From an uncultured Spirochaetota bacterium (GTDB lineage Bacteria; Spirochaetota; Spirochaetia; SZUA-6; Fen-1364), in assembly GCA_963745235.1 (NCBI GenBank), contig CAVUXE010000009.1, positions 96,001 to 160,000 of the forward strand: a DNA stretch of 64,000 nucleotides. The letters are read 5' to 3'. Position numbers and translations under genes: made by a program. This document shows positions 41,293 to 51,128 of this stretch, piece after piece; positions within the stretch are counted from its first letter, which is position 1, and the number at the start of each line of letters is the position of its first letter. The notes below the pieces were generated by a model that had not been told where the DNA came from, searched no databases, and saw nothing but the letters and a program-made list of their open reading frames with translations.

Positions 41293-43443
41293 ATGCTCAA
41301 GAACATGAAAATTGGCGGGAAGCTGATCCTCGTCGGGACACTCATCATCGCAATCCCCCTGGTCGCCGTGGCAGTCGTCGTGGTGACGCGGGCCAGCCGG
41401 GCCCTTCAGCAGCTGAACGATCAGCAGCTTGTCAGCCGGGCACAGGAAATTGCCAGGACAATCGAAGGAATGTATTCCGAGGAGCTGAAGGTTGCCTTGA
41501 CCATTGCGCGCGACCCGGTAGTCGTGGCAGCCGCGGAGACAAGCAACGCTCCGGATACGACGAAGCCGCCCAAGGCAAACGGGACCGCGACAGAACGACC
41601 CCTGGGAATTGCGGCGACTCCGGACGCTGCAGCATTTCTGGCCGATATCACGCGGCTGGACGCGACCTACGAGTCTGTCAACCTGGTGGACATGAGCGGC
41701 AACGTGGTTTCCGCGCAGGCCGCAGGCGGGCCGAGCCCGAACCTCGGCCTCATGACGTGCTTCAAGGAGGCAACAGCGGGCCGGACCAACATTGGGTCCG
41801 TGGTCCTCAGCAAGGTCACCGGCAAACCGGTGACTCCCGTGGCTGTCCCCGTGAGCTCCGGTGGAAAGGTGGTCGGGGCCGTCATTCTCATTCCCCGGAT
41901 CGATTTCCTCGGCAACCTTGTCGCCGGAGAACGGGTCGGGCGCACCGGCTACGTGGCCGTTGTCGACAGCGCCGGGATGATCATTGCGCACGCTGACCCT
42001 GGTCTCATCATGAACATGAACATCCTCGAGATGGAAGGGGACCTGGCAAACGACATCGCAACGGTGAAATCCGGGGTTGCTCACTACGTGTTCAAGAATG
42101 TCGAGCGGGAGGCGGCATTTGCGCCGGTGAAAAACACCGGCTGGAGCGTCATCCTGACGCTTCCCTCAAGCGAGTATCTTGCCCCTGTCAAGGATATCCA
42201 GGTTCTTCTGATCGTGATTGCCGCCGCTGCGCTTCTTCTGACCCTGGTGCTCTATCTCCTTTTCGCGCGCTCCATCACTGTTCCCCTCTCCCGTGCGGTG
42301 GCTTTTGCGCAAGCCGTTGCCTCGGGGGACTTCACCCAGCAGCTCCTGATCCATCAGCGGGATGAGGTCGGAGAGCTCGCAGAAGCGCTCAACGGGATGT
42401 CGGTGAAACTGTCCGCCATGGTAGCCGCGGTCCAGCAGGACGCCGTGGAGCTTGCCTCGTCCAGCACCCGGATCTCGGACAGCGCGCAGAAGCTCTCCGA
42501 GGGGGCGCAGACCCAGGCCTCCACCATCGACAGAACCAGCGCATCCATGGAGGAGCTGAGCGCATCCGTTGAGCGCGTGGCGGAGCACGCGCAGTCGCAG
42601 GCGGCGGCCGCAGAACAGGGCACAAGCTCAATGATGCAGGCCCTCGCCACCATCGAGAGTGTATCCGGGAGCCTCCGGGAGATCTCGGAGCTTGCCAGGA
42701 AATCCGTGGACAGCGCCTCAGCAGGCACGCAGGCGGTGCAGTCCGTGGTCGAAGGCATCAGCACGATTGCAAGCGGTTCGGAGCGCATTGCGGGCATCCT
42801 GACCCTCATTGCCGACATCGCCGACCAGACGAACCTTCTGGCGCTCAATGCCTCCATCGAGGCTGCCCGGGCGGGCGAGCACGGACGAGGATTCGCCGTT
42901 GTGGCCTCGGAGGTGAGCAAGCTCGCAGACAGGAGCTCCTCGTCAACGAGGGAGATCGATTCGCTGATCCGGGAAAGCATTCGCAACGTGACAAAAGGCG
43001 TGGAGACGGCCCGGAGCTCCGAGAAGGCCATGGAGCAGATTCGTGACTCGTCTCAACAGGTCAACGAGATGATAGAACGGGTCTCCGAGTCCATGGGCAC
43101 ACAGGTCAACGCCATCAAGGAGCTCGCAAAGGCCCTGGAGAATGTCAGCGAGATGAGCCGGAACATTTCTGCCTCTACAGAGGAGCAGACCTCCAATGCG
43201 CGGGAGATGTCGCAGGCACTGGAGGGGATCAACGAGATCACGCAGACCTCGGCGTCCGCCGCGGAGGAAATGTCGGCCTCCACGGACCGGCTATCCGGCA
43301 TGGCCAAGGAGCTGCAAAGGCTCGTTGTCCAGTTCAGGATCCGGGCGGAAGGGGGAGCGCCGGCAGCAGAGACTCTCCCTCCCGAAGAAAGCGGGGCGCC
43401 GCCGCTCCTCCCCGGCGCAGGCAGCCCACCCTCGCCAGCGTGA
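41293..43443 (+). CDS. Methyl-accepting chemotaxis protein (dCache, HAMP)
   Basis: [30 protein letters not shown]. Confidence 0.96.
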   Translation: MLKNMKIGGKLILVGTLIIAIPLVAVAVVVVTRASRALQQLNDQQLVSRAQEIARTIEGMYSEELKVALTIARDPVVVAAAETSNAPDTTKPPKANGTATERPLGIAATPDAAAFLADITRLDATYESVNLVDMSGNVVSAQAAGGPSPNLGLMTCFKEATAGRTNIGSVVLSKVTGKPVTPVAVPVSSGGKVVGAVILIPRIDFLGNLVAGERVGRTGYVAVVDSAGMIIAHADPGLIMNMNILEMEGDLANDIATVKSGVAHYVFKNVEREAAFAPVKNTGWSVILTLPSSEYLAPVKDIQVLLIVIAAAALLLTLVLYLLFARSITVPLSRAVAFAQAVASGDFTQQLLIHQRDEVGELAEALNGMSVKLSAMVAAVQQDAVELASSSTRISDSAQKLSEGAQTQASTIDRTSASMEELSASVERVAEHAQSQAAAAEQGTSSMMQALATIESVSGSLREISELARKSVDSASAGTQAVQSVVEGISTIASGSERIAGILTLIADIADQTNLLALNASIEAARAGEHGRGFAVVASEVSKLADRSSSSTREIDSLIRESIRNVTKGVETARSSEKAMEQIRDSSQQVNEMIERVSESMGTQVNAIKELAKALENVSEMSRNISASTEEQTSNAREMSQALEGINEITQTSASAAEEMSASTDRLSGMAKELQRLVVQFRIRAEGGAPAAETLPPEESGAPPLLPGAGSPPSPA

Positions 43444-44460
43444 GTGAGGGACTCCGTGAAAGCGGTCATCATTGGCACGAGCGGTCACATCGACCTTGCC
43501 CTCGAGGTCCGCGACAGGCTGCCGCAGCTGAGCTTCGTGGGGATTGCGCCCGGCTCGGCTGACGAAGACACGCGGGATTTCTTCCTGGACAGGCTGGAGA
43601 AATCCCTGATCCCCTTCTATGAGGATTACCGGCGGATGCTGGACAGAGAGAAGCCGCATGTCGCCGTGGTGGCCCCTTTCTTCTTCCTGCAGTCCGCCGT
43701 TGCCTGCGACTGCATGGAGCGCGGCATCCACGTCTTCGTTGAAAAACCAATGGCGGTTTCCCTGGAGCAGCTGGAGCGGCTTCGCCGGGCGCACGCCCGC
43801 GCCCGGGTGGCCCTTTGTCCCATGCTTGAGTCCCGGTATCGGCCTGAGTTCCACGCCGCGTATCGGGCCGTCAGGGAGGGACTGATCGGGGAGCCCCTGC
43901 TGATCACCGCACAGAAGTCGTACAAGCTGGGCGCGCGCCATGCAATGTACACGCACCGTGCCACCTATGGAGGCACCATACCCTGGGTCGCCATACACGC
44001 AATCGACTGGATCCAATGGTTCAGCGGCGGAAAGATTACCGAGATCGCAGCGCGCCAGACCGCGCGGGGCAACCTGGGTCACGGCGAGCTGGAAAGCTCA
44101 GGCGCCTGCCTCTTTCGGCTCTCCAACTCCGGCACGGGGATCGTGAGCTTTGACTACTTCCGGCCCACATCCGCTCCGACGCATGGAGAGGACAGGCTGC
44201 GCGTGGCGGGGGAAAAGGGGGTCGTGGAGATTGCCGCCGGAGAGGCCACTGTGTGCACCGGCGACGCCCCTCGCCTTCCGCTTGCGAAGGATGAGCCGGT
44301 ATCGATTTTCCAGGAGTTCATCCGGCACATCGAGGCGGGGGTGCCTCTGCGCATGAGCGCGGAGGAGGCCTTCGCGGTGAGCGAGCTCAGCCTTCGCGCG
44401 CGGGAAGCTGCTGACACCGGGACGAGCATCCGGGTGAAGGGATGGGAGGAAAAGCAGTGA
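43444..44460 (+). CDS. Gfo/Idh/MocA oxidoreductase
   Basis: HVFVEKP and AIHAID motifs. Confidence 0.9.
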   Translation: MRDSVKAVIIGTSGHIDLALEVRDRLPQLSFVGIAPGSADEDTRDFFLDRLEKSLIPFYEDYRRMLDREKPHVAVVAPFFFLQSAVACDCMERGIHVFVEKPMAVSLEQLERLRRAHARARVALCPMLESRYRPEFHAAYRAVREGLIGEPLLITAQKSYKLGARHAMYTHRATYGGTIPWVAIHAIDWIQWFSGGKITEIAARQTARGNLGHGELESSGACLFRLSNSGTGIVSFDYFRPTSAPTHGEDRLRVAGEKGVVEIAAGEATVCTGDAPRLPLAKDEPVSIFQEFIRHIEAGVPLRMSAEEAFAVSELSLRAREAADTGTSIRVKGWEEKQ

Positions 44461-45424
44461 GAAAAAGGAAGCTGGGAAGCCGGGGCCGGAGATCACGGTG
44501 ATCGGGCTGGGAACGTGGGCCATCGGCGGCGCCGGGTGGCAGTACGCGTGGGGCGCCCAGGATGACAGGGATTCCATTGCTGCCATCCACAGGGCGGCGG
44601 AGCTGGGCATCAACTGGATCGATACGGCGGCTGTCTATGGCCTTGGACATTCCGAGGAGGTGGTCGGGAAAGCGCTGGCGGGGCGCCGGGAAAAGGTCAT
44701 GATCGCGACGAAGTGCGGCCGGACGTGGGACCCCGGCAGCAGCGAGATTGTGGGCAGGCTGTCGGCGGCCAGCATTCGAAAAGAGCTGGAGAATAGCCTG
44801 CGAAGGCTCGCCACGGATTACATCGACCTGTACCAGATCCACTGGCCGCGGCCCGAACACAACATCGAGGAAGGCTGGAACGAGATTGCAAGGGCGGTAA
44901 AGGAAGGCAAGGTCAGGTTTGCGGGGGTTTCCAACTTTTCCGTGGAGCAGCTGCGGCGCATCCATGCCATACACCCGGTCACCTCGCTCCAGCCGCCCTA
45001 CAGCATGCTGCGCCGTGAGACGGAGAGGGAGCTCCTTCCCTTCTGCAGGGACAACGGGATCGGCGTGATTGTCTACAGCCCGATGCAGATGGGGCTTCTC
45101 AGCGGAGCGTTCACTCGTGAGCGTGCCGCGCGCCTGGCCGCGGACGACCTTCGCGCCCGCAATCCCTATTTCACCGAACCCGCGCTGGGCCTGAACCTCG
45201 CGCTGGTGGACACGCTGAAGCCAATTGCCCGGCGCAACGGCCGAAGCATGGCGGAGCTCGCCCTTGCGTGGGTCCTGCGCCGGCCCGAGGTGACCGCGGC
45301 GATTGTCGGCGGACGTCGGCCAGAGCAGGTCGGAGAGACCGCCGGCGCTGCTGACTGGGACCTCACCGCGGCTGAAGTTGCCGAGATAGAGGCGCTCCTG
45401 GCGGCGCGGGAAGCCAGGGGATAG
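44457..45424 (+). CDS. Aldo/keto reductase (frameshift near 44485)
   Basis: RKLG...IGLGTW, DTAAVYG, IDLYQIHW, GVSN, YSPM. Confidence 0.93.
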
Positions 45425-45439
45425 GGGCCCGGAGCCCTC

Positions 45440-45468
45440 TTGCGTCTTGCGCCAATCCGGTATATAAT
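45440..45468 (+). promoter_or_regulatory. sigma70 promoter of the MarR-RiPP operon
   Basis: TTGCGT (45440-45445), 17 nt, TATAAT (45463-45468). Confidence 0.7.
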
Positions 45469-45484
45469 TGCTACTAGCAATTAT
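45464..45484. promoter_or_regulatory. Operator: perfect inverted repeat ATAATTGCTA-C-TAGCAATTAT
   Basis: 10-1-10 dyad over the -10 and TSS, directly upstream of a MarR gene. Confidence 0.75.
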
Positions 45485-45513
45485 TGATAGATGCAAACAA
45501 GGGGCGTGCATCC

Positions 45514-45957
45514 ATGGCGGAAGCGCAGAAGCGTTTCATCGACTACATCATCGAGCTGAAGACGCGTTGTCACTTCGAGGAAGAGATCGGCGAAGAGTGC
45601 CGCCTTGCGCCGCGCGAGGTGAGCTGCCTGAGCGCCCTCTCCCCCGGAGAAAGCGTCTCCGCGGGGGAGCTTGCCGGGCGCATGGGCCTGTCTCCCTCCC
45701 GCGCCAGCAGGCTCATCATGGCCCTGCGGACAAAGGGGATGGTCCTGGAGACCTTCGATGCCATTGACAGGCGCGCTGTCTCGATCTCCCTCACCCCCGC
45801 GGGGGAGAGGCTCGCGCTCAGGATCGAGCTGAAGAAGGACGAATGCGAAAAGCGTCTCCTTGGCGCCTTCAACCGCGAGCAGTTGCGGACTGTCCGAGAC
45901 GGGCTGGCCACCCTGAGCATCGCTTTTCAAGGAGGAGATCATGGAAGAGTTGGTTGA
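45514..45957 (+). CDS. MarR family regulator with four Cys
   Basis: ELAGRMGLSPSRASR and DRR.V.ISLT..G motifs. Confidence 0.88.
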   Translation: MAEAQKRFIDYIIELKTRCHFEEEIGEECRLAPREVSCLSALSPGESVSAGELAGRMGLSPSRASRLIMALRTKGMVLETFDAIDRRAVSISLTPAGERLALRIELKKDECEKRLLGAFNREQLRTVRDGLATLSIAFQGGDHGRVG

Positions 45958-46600
45958 TGCGGTGCGCGCCCGCTACGACACGTTGTCGCAGCAGGCCTGC
46001 TGCCTGTCCTGCGGCGGGGCGGTGAGCTACGGCAAAGCAGAGTCCGGCGAGATCTGCGTGGACCTGGGGAGCGGACAGGGGCGCGACGTCCTGCGCCTGG
46101 CGGGGGAAGTCGGTGAGCGGGGCCACGCGTATGGAATTGACGCGTCTGACGGAATGCTGAAGAAATCCCGCGCAAGCGCAGAGAGGCTCGGGGTGGCAAA
46201 CGCCACCTTTCTCAAGGCGGACCTGCATCGTATCCCTCTCGAGTCGGACAGCGTGGATCTCGTCATCTCCAACTGCACCATCAACCACGCGGCGGACAAG
46301 CAGGCGGTGTGGAACGAGATATTCCGCATTTTGGCCCCCGGCGGGAGGTTCGTGGTGAGCGACATCTATTCGACGAACGAAGTCCCGGCAAAGTTCGCGA
46401 ACGACCCCGCGGCCATCGCGGAATGCTGGGCGGGGGCCGTGACGCGGGAGGAGTATTTCAGCCAGCTCGAGCGCGCCGGCTTCGACACGGTGGCCGTCCG
46501 CGAGGAAAGCGCGCCGTATGCCAAGGGCGAAATCGAAGTCGTCAGCCTGACGATTTCGGGCACAAAGCCGCGCCGCAGATGCTGCTGTCGCGGCCAATAA
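45941..46600 (+). CDS. ArsM-like SAM-dependent methyltransferase
   Basis: CCLSCG, VDLGSGQG, ISNCTIN, AECWAGA, C-terminal CCC; GGAGGAG RBS. Confidence 0.85.
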   Translation: MEELVDAVRARYDTLSQQACCLSCGGAVSYGKAESGEICVDLGSGQGRDVLRLAGEVGERGHAYGIDASDGMLKKSRASAERLGVANATFLKADLHRIPLESDSVDLVISNCTINHAADKQAVWNEIFRILAPGGRFVVSDIYSTNEVPAKFANDPAAIAECWAGAVTREEYFSQLERAGFDTVAVREESAPYAKGEIEVVSLTISGTKPRRRCCCRGQ

Positions 46601-46619
46601 CACAAGGAGGAGGCGAGAC

Positions 46620-46715
46620 ATGAAATCTCTCATCAGACCGAAGAAAGCGGCCGGGGCTTGCGTTGCCCAGTGCTGCGCCAAGATCTCTACGGTCGTCGCC
46701 GGCTGCCACGACTAA
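46620..46715 (+). CDS. Cys-rich RiPP precursor peptide, 31 aa (MKSLIRPKKAAGACVAQCCAKISTVVAGCHD)
   Basis: Translated by hand; AAGGAGGAGG RBS, TAA stop; directly upstream of a radical SAM/SPASM gene; below the ORF-track cutoff. Confidence 0.85.
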   Translation: MKSLIRPKKAAGACVAQCCAKISTVVAGCHD

Positions 46716-46724
46716 TGCCGGTGC

Positions 46725-46757
46725 GCGGGCCCTCGGGGCGCATGCCCCGGGGCCTGC
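46725..46757 (+). terminator. GC-rich hairpin after the precursor gene (stabiliser or partial terminator)
   Basis: GCGGGCCC-T-CGGGGC / GCAT loop / GCCCCGGGGCCTGC; about 14 bp stem, weak U tail. Confidence 0.55.
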
Positions 46758-46776
46758 CTTGAAAGGCTTCAAAGAC

Positions 46777-48090
46777 ATGGTGCTGTCGCGTCACAACATC
46801 ACGGGACGACTGAAGGACTCCGAGGGTTCCTTCATCATCAACCCTCTTTCCCGCAGCGCGGACCTTCTGAGCCCCGAGAGGGCCGGGGAGCTGGCCTCCG
46901 GCACTTTCTCCAATCCACGGGAGCTGGCCGAAAAGGGGTACCTGGTCGATCCTGACGAGGAAACCCGCAATTTCCGCGCTGCATACCTGGATTTCCTCGA
47001 CTCGCGGGATCATGGAGAGACCCAGCTTTTTTTCGTTCCCTGGTACTCCTGCAACTTCGCCTGCCCCTACTGCTACCAGGAGGGGTATGCCGCCCAATCA
47101 GGCGTGCTAGGGGATGAGGTGAGCGAGGCGTTTTTCAATTACGTCGGGAAGGAGTTCGCCGGCGGTCCGTCTATGTGACTCTCTTCGGAGGGGAGCCCCT
47201 CCTGCCGGGCGACCGGGCGCGGAAAAGCATCCAAAGGTTTCTCGACCTGGCAGCGGCGCAAAGCCTTTCGGTTGCCGTGGTAACCAACGGGTACATGCTT
47301 CGCGACTACCTGGAGACATTGCAGCGTGCGGCCATTCGTGAGGTCCAGGTGACCCTGGACGGGGTGGGCGGCCTGCATGACCGCAGGAGACCGCTGCGGG
47401 GCGGCTTGCCCACTTTCCAGCCGATTGTCGATGGGGTCGACGAGGCGCTGAAGCGCGGCATTCCCATCAACCTGCGGGTCGTGCTGGACCGGGAGAACAT
47501 CCACGGCCTGCCGGAGCTGGCGCGATTCGCCCGGGACCGGGGCTGGACCGGGAATCCTCTCTTCAAGACGCAGCTGGGGCGAAATTACGAGCTTCACACC
47601 TGCCAGGCGGATCCCGGCAGGCTCTACACCCGCGTGGAGCTCTACCAGGAGCTCTCCACCCTCGCTTCCCAGCATCCCGAAGTCATTCGAGCTCCACCGG
47701 CCGGCATTCTCCCTGGCAAAGTTCCTCTGGGAGAACGGGGAGCTGCCCGCGCCCTTGTTCGACTCCTGTCCCGGCTGCAAGACGGAATGGGCGTTCGACT
47801 ACGCCGGCCGCATCTATTCCTGCACTGCGACCGTCGGCAAGGTCGGAGACGAGCTGGGGACATTCTATCCGCAGGTGAGCAGGCGGGATGACCTGATCGA
47901 GGAGTGGCAGCAGCGGGACGTGACATCGATCCCGGAGTGCCGCACCTGCAATCTCCAACTGGCCTGCGGAGGCGGGTGCGCGGCAGTTGCCCGCAACCGG
48001 GAGGGCAGGCTGAACGCCCCTGACTGCCGTCCGGTGAAAGAGCTGCTGGAAATGGGGTTGTCACTCTATTTTGGAAAGGAATACGAATGA
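46777..48090 (+). CDS. Radical SAM/SPASM peptide maturase (frameshifts near 47165 and 47690)
   Basis: CNFACPYC, FGGEP, TNG, QVTLDG; SPASM CPGC..G.IYSC and CRTCNLQLACGGGC-x15-C; RRE-like N-terminus. Confidence 0.9.
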
Positions 48091-49373
48091 TGGCTGCAAT
48101 GGTTCACGAGATCGCGGCGGACCAGTATGAAAAGGAAGTTCTGGCAGGAGGAAAGGTCGTCCTTGACTTCTACTCCACCGAGTGTCCGCCCTGCGAGGCG
48201 CTGGCGTCCAAGTACGAGGGGCTCGCCCGGATCTACGGGGAGGACGTGCGGTTCCTGAAGATTTTCCGACAGGGGAACAAGGCGCTCGCGGAAACACTTG
48301 GCGTGGCAAGCTCGCCCACTCTTTTGTTCTACGACGGGGGGAAGCGGCTCGAAGGTCAGCTGAGCGGCGGAATTCGACGCTCGCAGATCGCCGAGCGGCT
48401 GGACCAGATGCTCCCTCCCAGCCGCGTTCAGGAGCTGCGGGGAAAGGTCACCCCGGTCGTCACCGACTGTGACGCCCTCATCCTGGGCGGCGGTCCTGCC
48501 GGCCTGACCGCCGGGATCTACCTCGCACAGGCGCACCTGAAGACCGTGATCGTGGACACCGCGCTTCCCGGCGGATTCGTTGCAACCACACACCAGGTTT
48601 CCAACTACCCGGGGTTCCCTGACCCTTTGAACGGCTACATGCTTTCCCATTTCATGAGCGAACAGGCAAAGAAAGCGGGGGTTGTTTTCCGCGCAGCCGC
48701 GGATGTGGCCGCCCTGGACCTCGAAAGAAAAACAGTCCTCCTCGACGGCTATGAGACGGTCCGGGCACGCACGGTCATACTCGCCACGGGCTCCACCCCG
48801 CGGCCGCTGGGAATCCCCGGGGAAAAGGAGCACAGGGGCCGCGGCATTTCCTACTGCGCCACGTGTGACGCGAAGTTCTACGAGGGAAAAGACGTGGTGG
48901 TCATAGGCGGAGGCAATTCCGCCGTGGAGGAATCCCTTTTCATTGCGAGGTTCGCCCGCAAGCTCACCGTTGTCCACCAGTTTGCCCAGCTCCAGGCCAA
49001 CAAGGAGGCCCAGAAGAAGGCCTTCGACAACCCGCGGGTCGATTTTCTCTTCGAGCACGAGCCCCGGGCGTTCATCCGTCACGCGGACATGGACATGGAG
49101 GTGATCGTGGAGAACCTGCGGGATCATTCAATCAGAGGGCTTCGCTCGAACGGCGTGTTCGTCTTCGTGGGTTTCATACCGAATGTCCTCCCCTTCGACG
49201 GCGAGTGCAATCGGGATGCAGCGGGGTACATCGTCACTGACGAGAAGATGCGTGCCAGCCTTCCCGGCGTCTACGCCGTGGGGGACGTGCGGTCGAAACC
49301 TTACCGCCAGATTACCACGGCGACAGCCGATGGCACGATTGCCGCCATCGCCATTTCCCAGGAGTTGGCATAG
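48087..49373 (+). CDS. Thioredoxin-thioredoxin reductase fusion
   Basis: N-terminal Trx fold (DFYSTECPPC), then GGGPAG, CATCD, GGGNSA and GD. Confidence 0.92.
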   Translation: MMAAMVHEIAADQYEKEVLAGGKVVLDFYSTECPPCEALASKYEGLARIYGEDVRFLKIFRQGNKALAETLGVASSPTLLFYDGGKRLEGQLSGGIRRSQIAERLDQMLPPSRVQELRGKVTPVVTDCDALILGGGPAGLTAGIYLAQAHLKTVIVDTALPGGFVATTHQVSNYPGFPDPLNGYMLSHFMSEQAKKAGVVFRAAADVAALDLERKTVLLDGYETVRARTVILATGSTPRPLGIPGEKEHRGRGISYCATCDAKFYEGKDVVVIGGGNSAVEESLFIARFARKLTVVHQFAQLQANKEAQKKAFDNPRVDFLFEHEPRAFIRHADMDMEVIVENLRDHSIRGLRSNGVFVFVGFIPNVLPFDGECNRDAAGYIVTDEKMRASLPGVYAVGDVRSKPYRQITTATADGTIAAIAISQELA

Positions 49374-49433
49374 CGGACCAGGATCGATTCGCGGCCTTGT
49401 TCTGGGCTGCACCAGGTAGATCCGCCCGGTAGT

Positions 49434-49481
49434 GGGAATCCGGATTCCCGTTTTTTCTCATCACGGGAACCCGCGTTCCCG
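49434..49481. promoter_or_regulatory. Two related dyads GGGAA-N6-TTCCC, candidate enhancer (UAS) sites; the first may also act as a terminator
   Basis: GGGAATCCGGATTCCC at 49434-49449 and CGGGAACCCGCGTTCCCG at 49464-49481; centres 31 bp apart. Confidence 0.55.
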
Positions 49482-49570
49482 CTTCCCGGCCGGCCGCTCG
49501 CGGCCTCGTGAAAAAGAGCGCGCCGGCCAGTCTTTTTCGCGCGTTTTTGCCGCTCTTGCGGAGCCTGTCC

Positions 49571-49586
49571 TGGCACAGATCGTGCA
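49571..49586 (+). promoter_or_regulatory. sigma54 (-24/-12) promoter
   Basis: TGGCACAGATCGTGCA = TGGCAC core with exact GG-N10-GC spacing. Confidence 0.75.
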
Positions 49587-49597
49587 TACTGTCGGTA

Positions 49598-51128
49598 ATG
49601 CCCCCGTTGGTCTCAATGAAAAACATTACGAAGCACTTCGGTTCCGTGAAGGTCCTGGACCAGGTTGATTTCGTCATTTACCCGGGCGAGGTGCACATCC
49701 TGGCGGGGGAAAACGGGGCCGGCAAGAGCACCCTCATGAAGATCCTTGCGGGCGCATACGCCGACTACCAGGGCCGAATCGAGATGGAGGGACGGGAGAT
49801 CCGCCCCTCGAGCCCTCTGGACGCCAACCGGCATGGGATTGCGGCCATCCACCAGGAGCTTTCCCTCATCCCGTCCATGACCGTTGCAGACAATCTCTTT
49901 CTCGGCCACCCCATCACCCGAAGGGGCTTTGTTCAGGCGGGAGCCCACCGGCGCAGCGCGGAGGACGTCCTGGGCAGAGCGGGCGTCCGTGCCTCGGTCA
50001 CCTCGCTCGTGGAGGACCTGCCTATCTCGGTGCAGCAGCTCATCGAGATCACCAAGGCCATACGATTGAACGCGCGGGTCCTCATCATGGATGAGCCGTC
50101 AAGCGCCCTGAACGCGCACGATGTGGAAACCCTCTTCGCCCTCGTGCGGCAGCTGAAGGTCGAGAACCGCGGGATAATCTATATCACTCACCGACTTGAG
50201 GAGATCCACCGGCTTGCAGACCGGATCACTGTGCTTCGTGATGGACGGCTCGTGGGCAGCTCTGCGGCTTCCGATCTTCCCGAGAAGAAGCTCATCCGAA
50301 TGGATGGTTGGCCGGGAGATCGAGGAGCAGTTCCCCCGCCACACGCCGCAGATCTCCACCGAGGCGCTGCGGGTGGAAAATCTCTGCGTTCGCGCCGCCA
50401 GCCGCGCTCTGCGTCCCCTGGTGGACCGGGTCTCCCTTGGTGCTTCGCGCGGTGAGATCCTTGGAATCGGCGGGCTGCAGGGCTCCGGTGCCAGCGAGCT
50501 CTTTCTCGGTCTTTTCGGCGCGTTGCCAAAGAGGACGGAAGGGCGGGTGGCCATTGATGGAAAGCCGGTCCGAATCCGATCTCCCCGCGACGCCATTGGG
50601 AACGGCGTCGCCCTGCTGACCAACGACCGCAAGGCCACCGGGCTCATCGCCTCAATGTCGGTGACGGCAAACATGTGCGCGGCCAACATGAGGACCCTGG
50701 CGCCCCGCGGGTGGCGGCATCCGCGCCTGGAAGTCCGGGCGGCCACCGAGATGGGCAGGGCGCTGCAGCTTCGCGCCGCCTCGCTGGACATGGAGGTCGG
50801 GGAGCTCTCCGGCGGCAACCAGCAGAAGGTGGCCATCGGCAAGTGGCTCACGACGAACCCGCGGATCATGCTCCTTGACGAGCCGACCCGCGGAATAGAC
50901 GTGGGCGCCAAGCACGAGATCTACCAGCTCATGAACGACTGGACTGCTCACGGGATCTGCATTCTCCTGGTGACCTCGGAGATGCCCGAGCTTCTCGCCA
51001 TGAGTGACAGGATCGTTGTCATGCACCGGGGGGCCATTACAGCGGAGCTCTCCCGCCAGGAGGCCACCGCTGAGAAAGTCCTGGAGGCGGCCATGGGAAA
51101 GACGAACGGAGGCGGAAATGGTCGGTGA
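49598..51128 (+). CDS. Sugar (CUT2) ABC ATP-binding protein (frameshift near 50300)
   Basis: GENGAGKS, DEPS, LSGGNQQK, DEPTRGIDVGAK. Confidence 0.93.
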
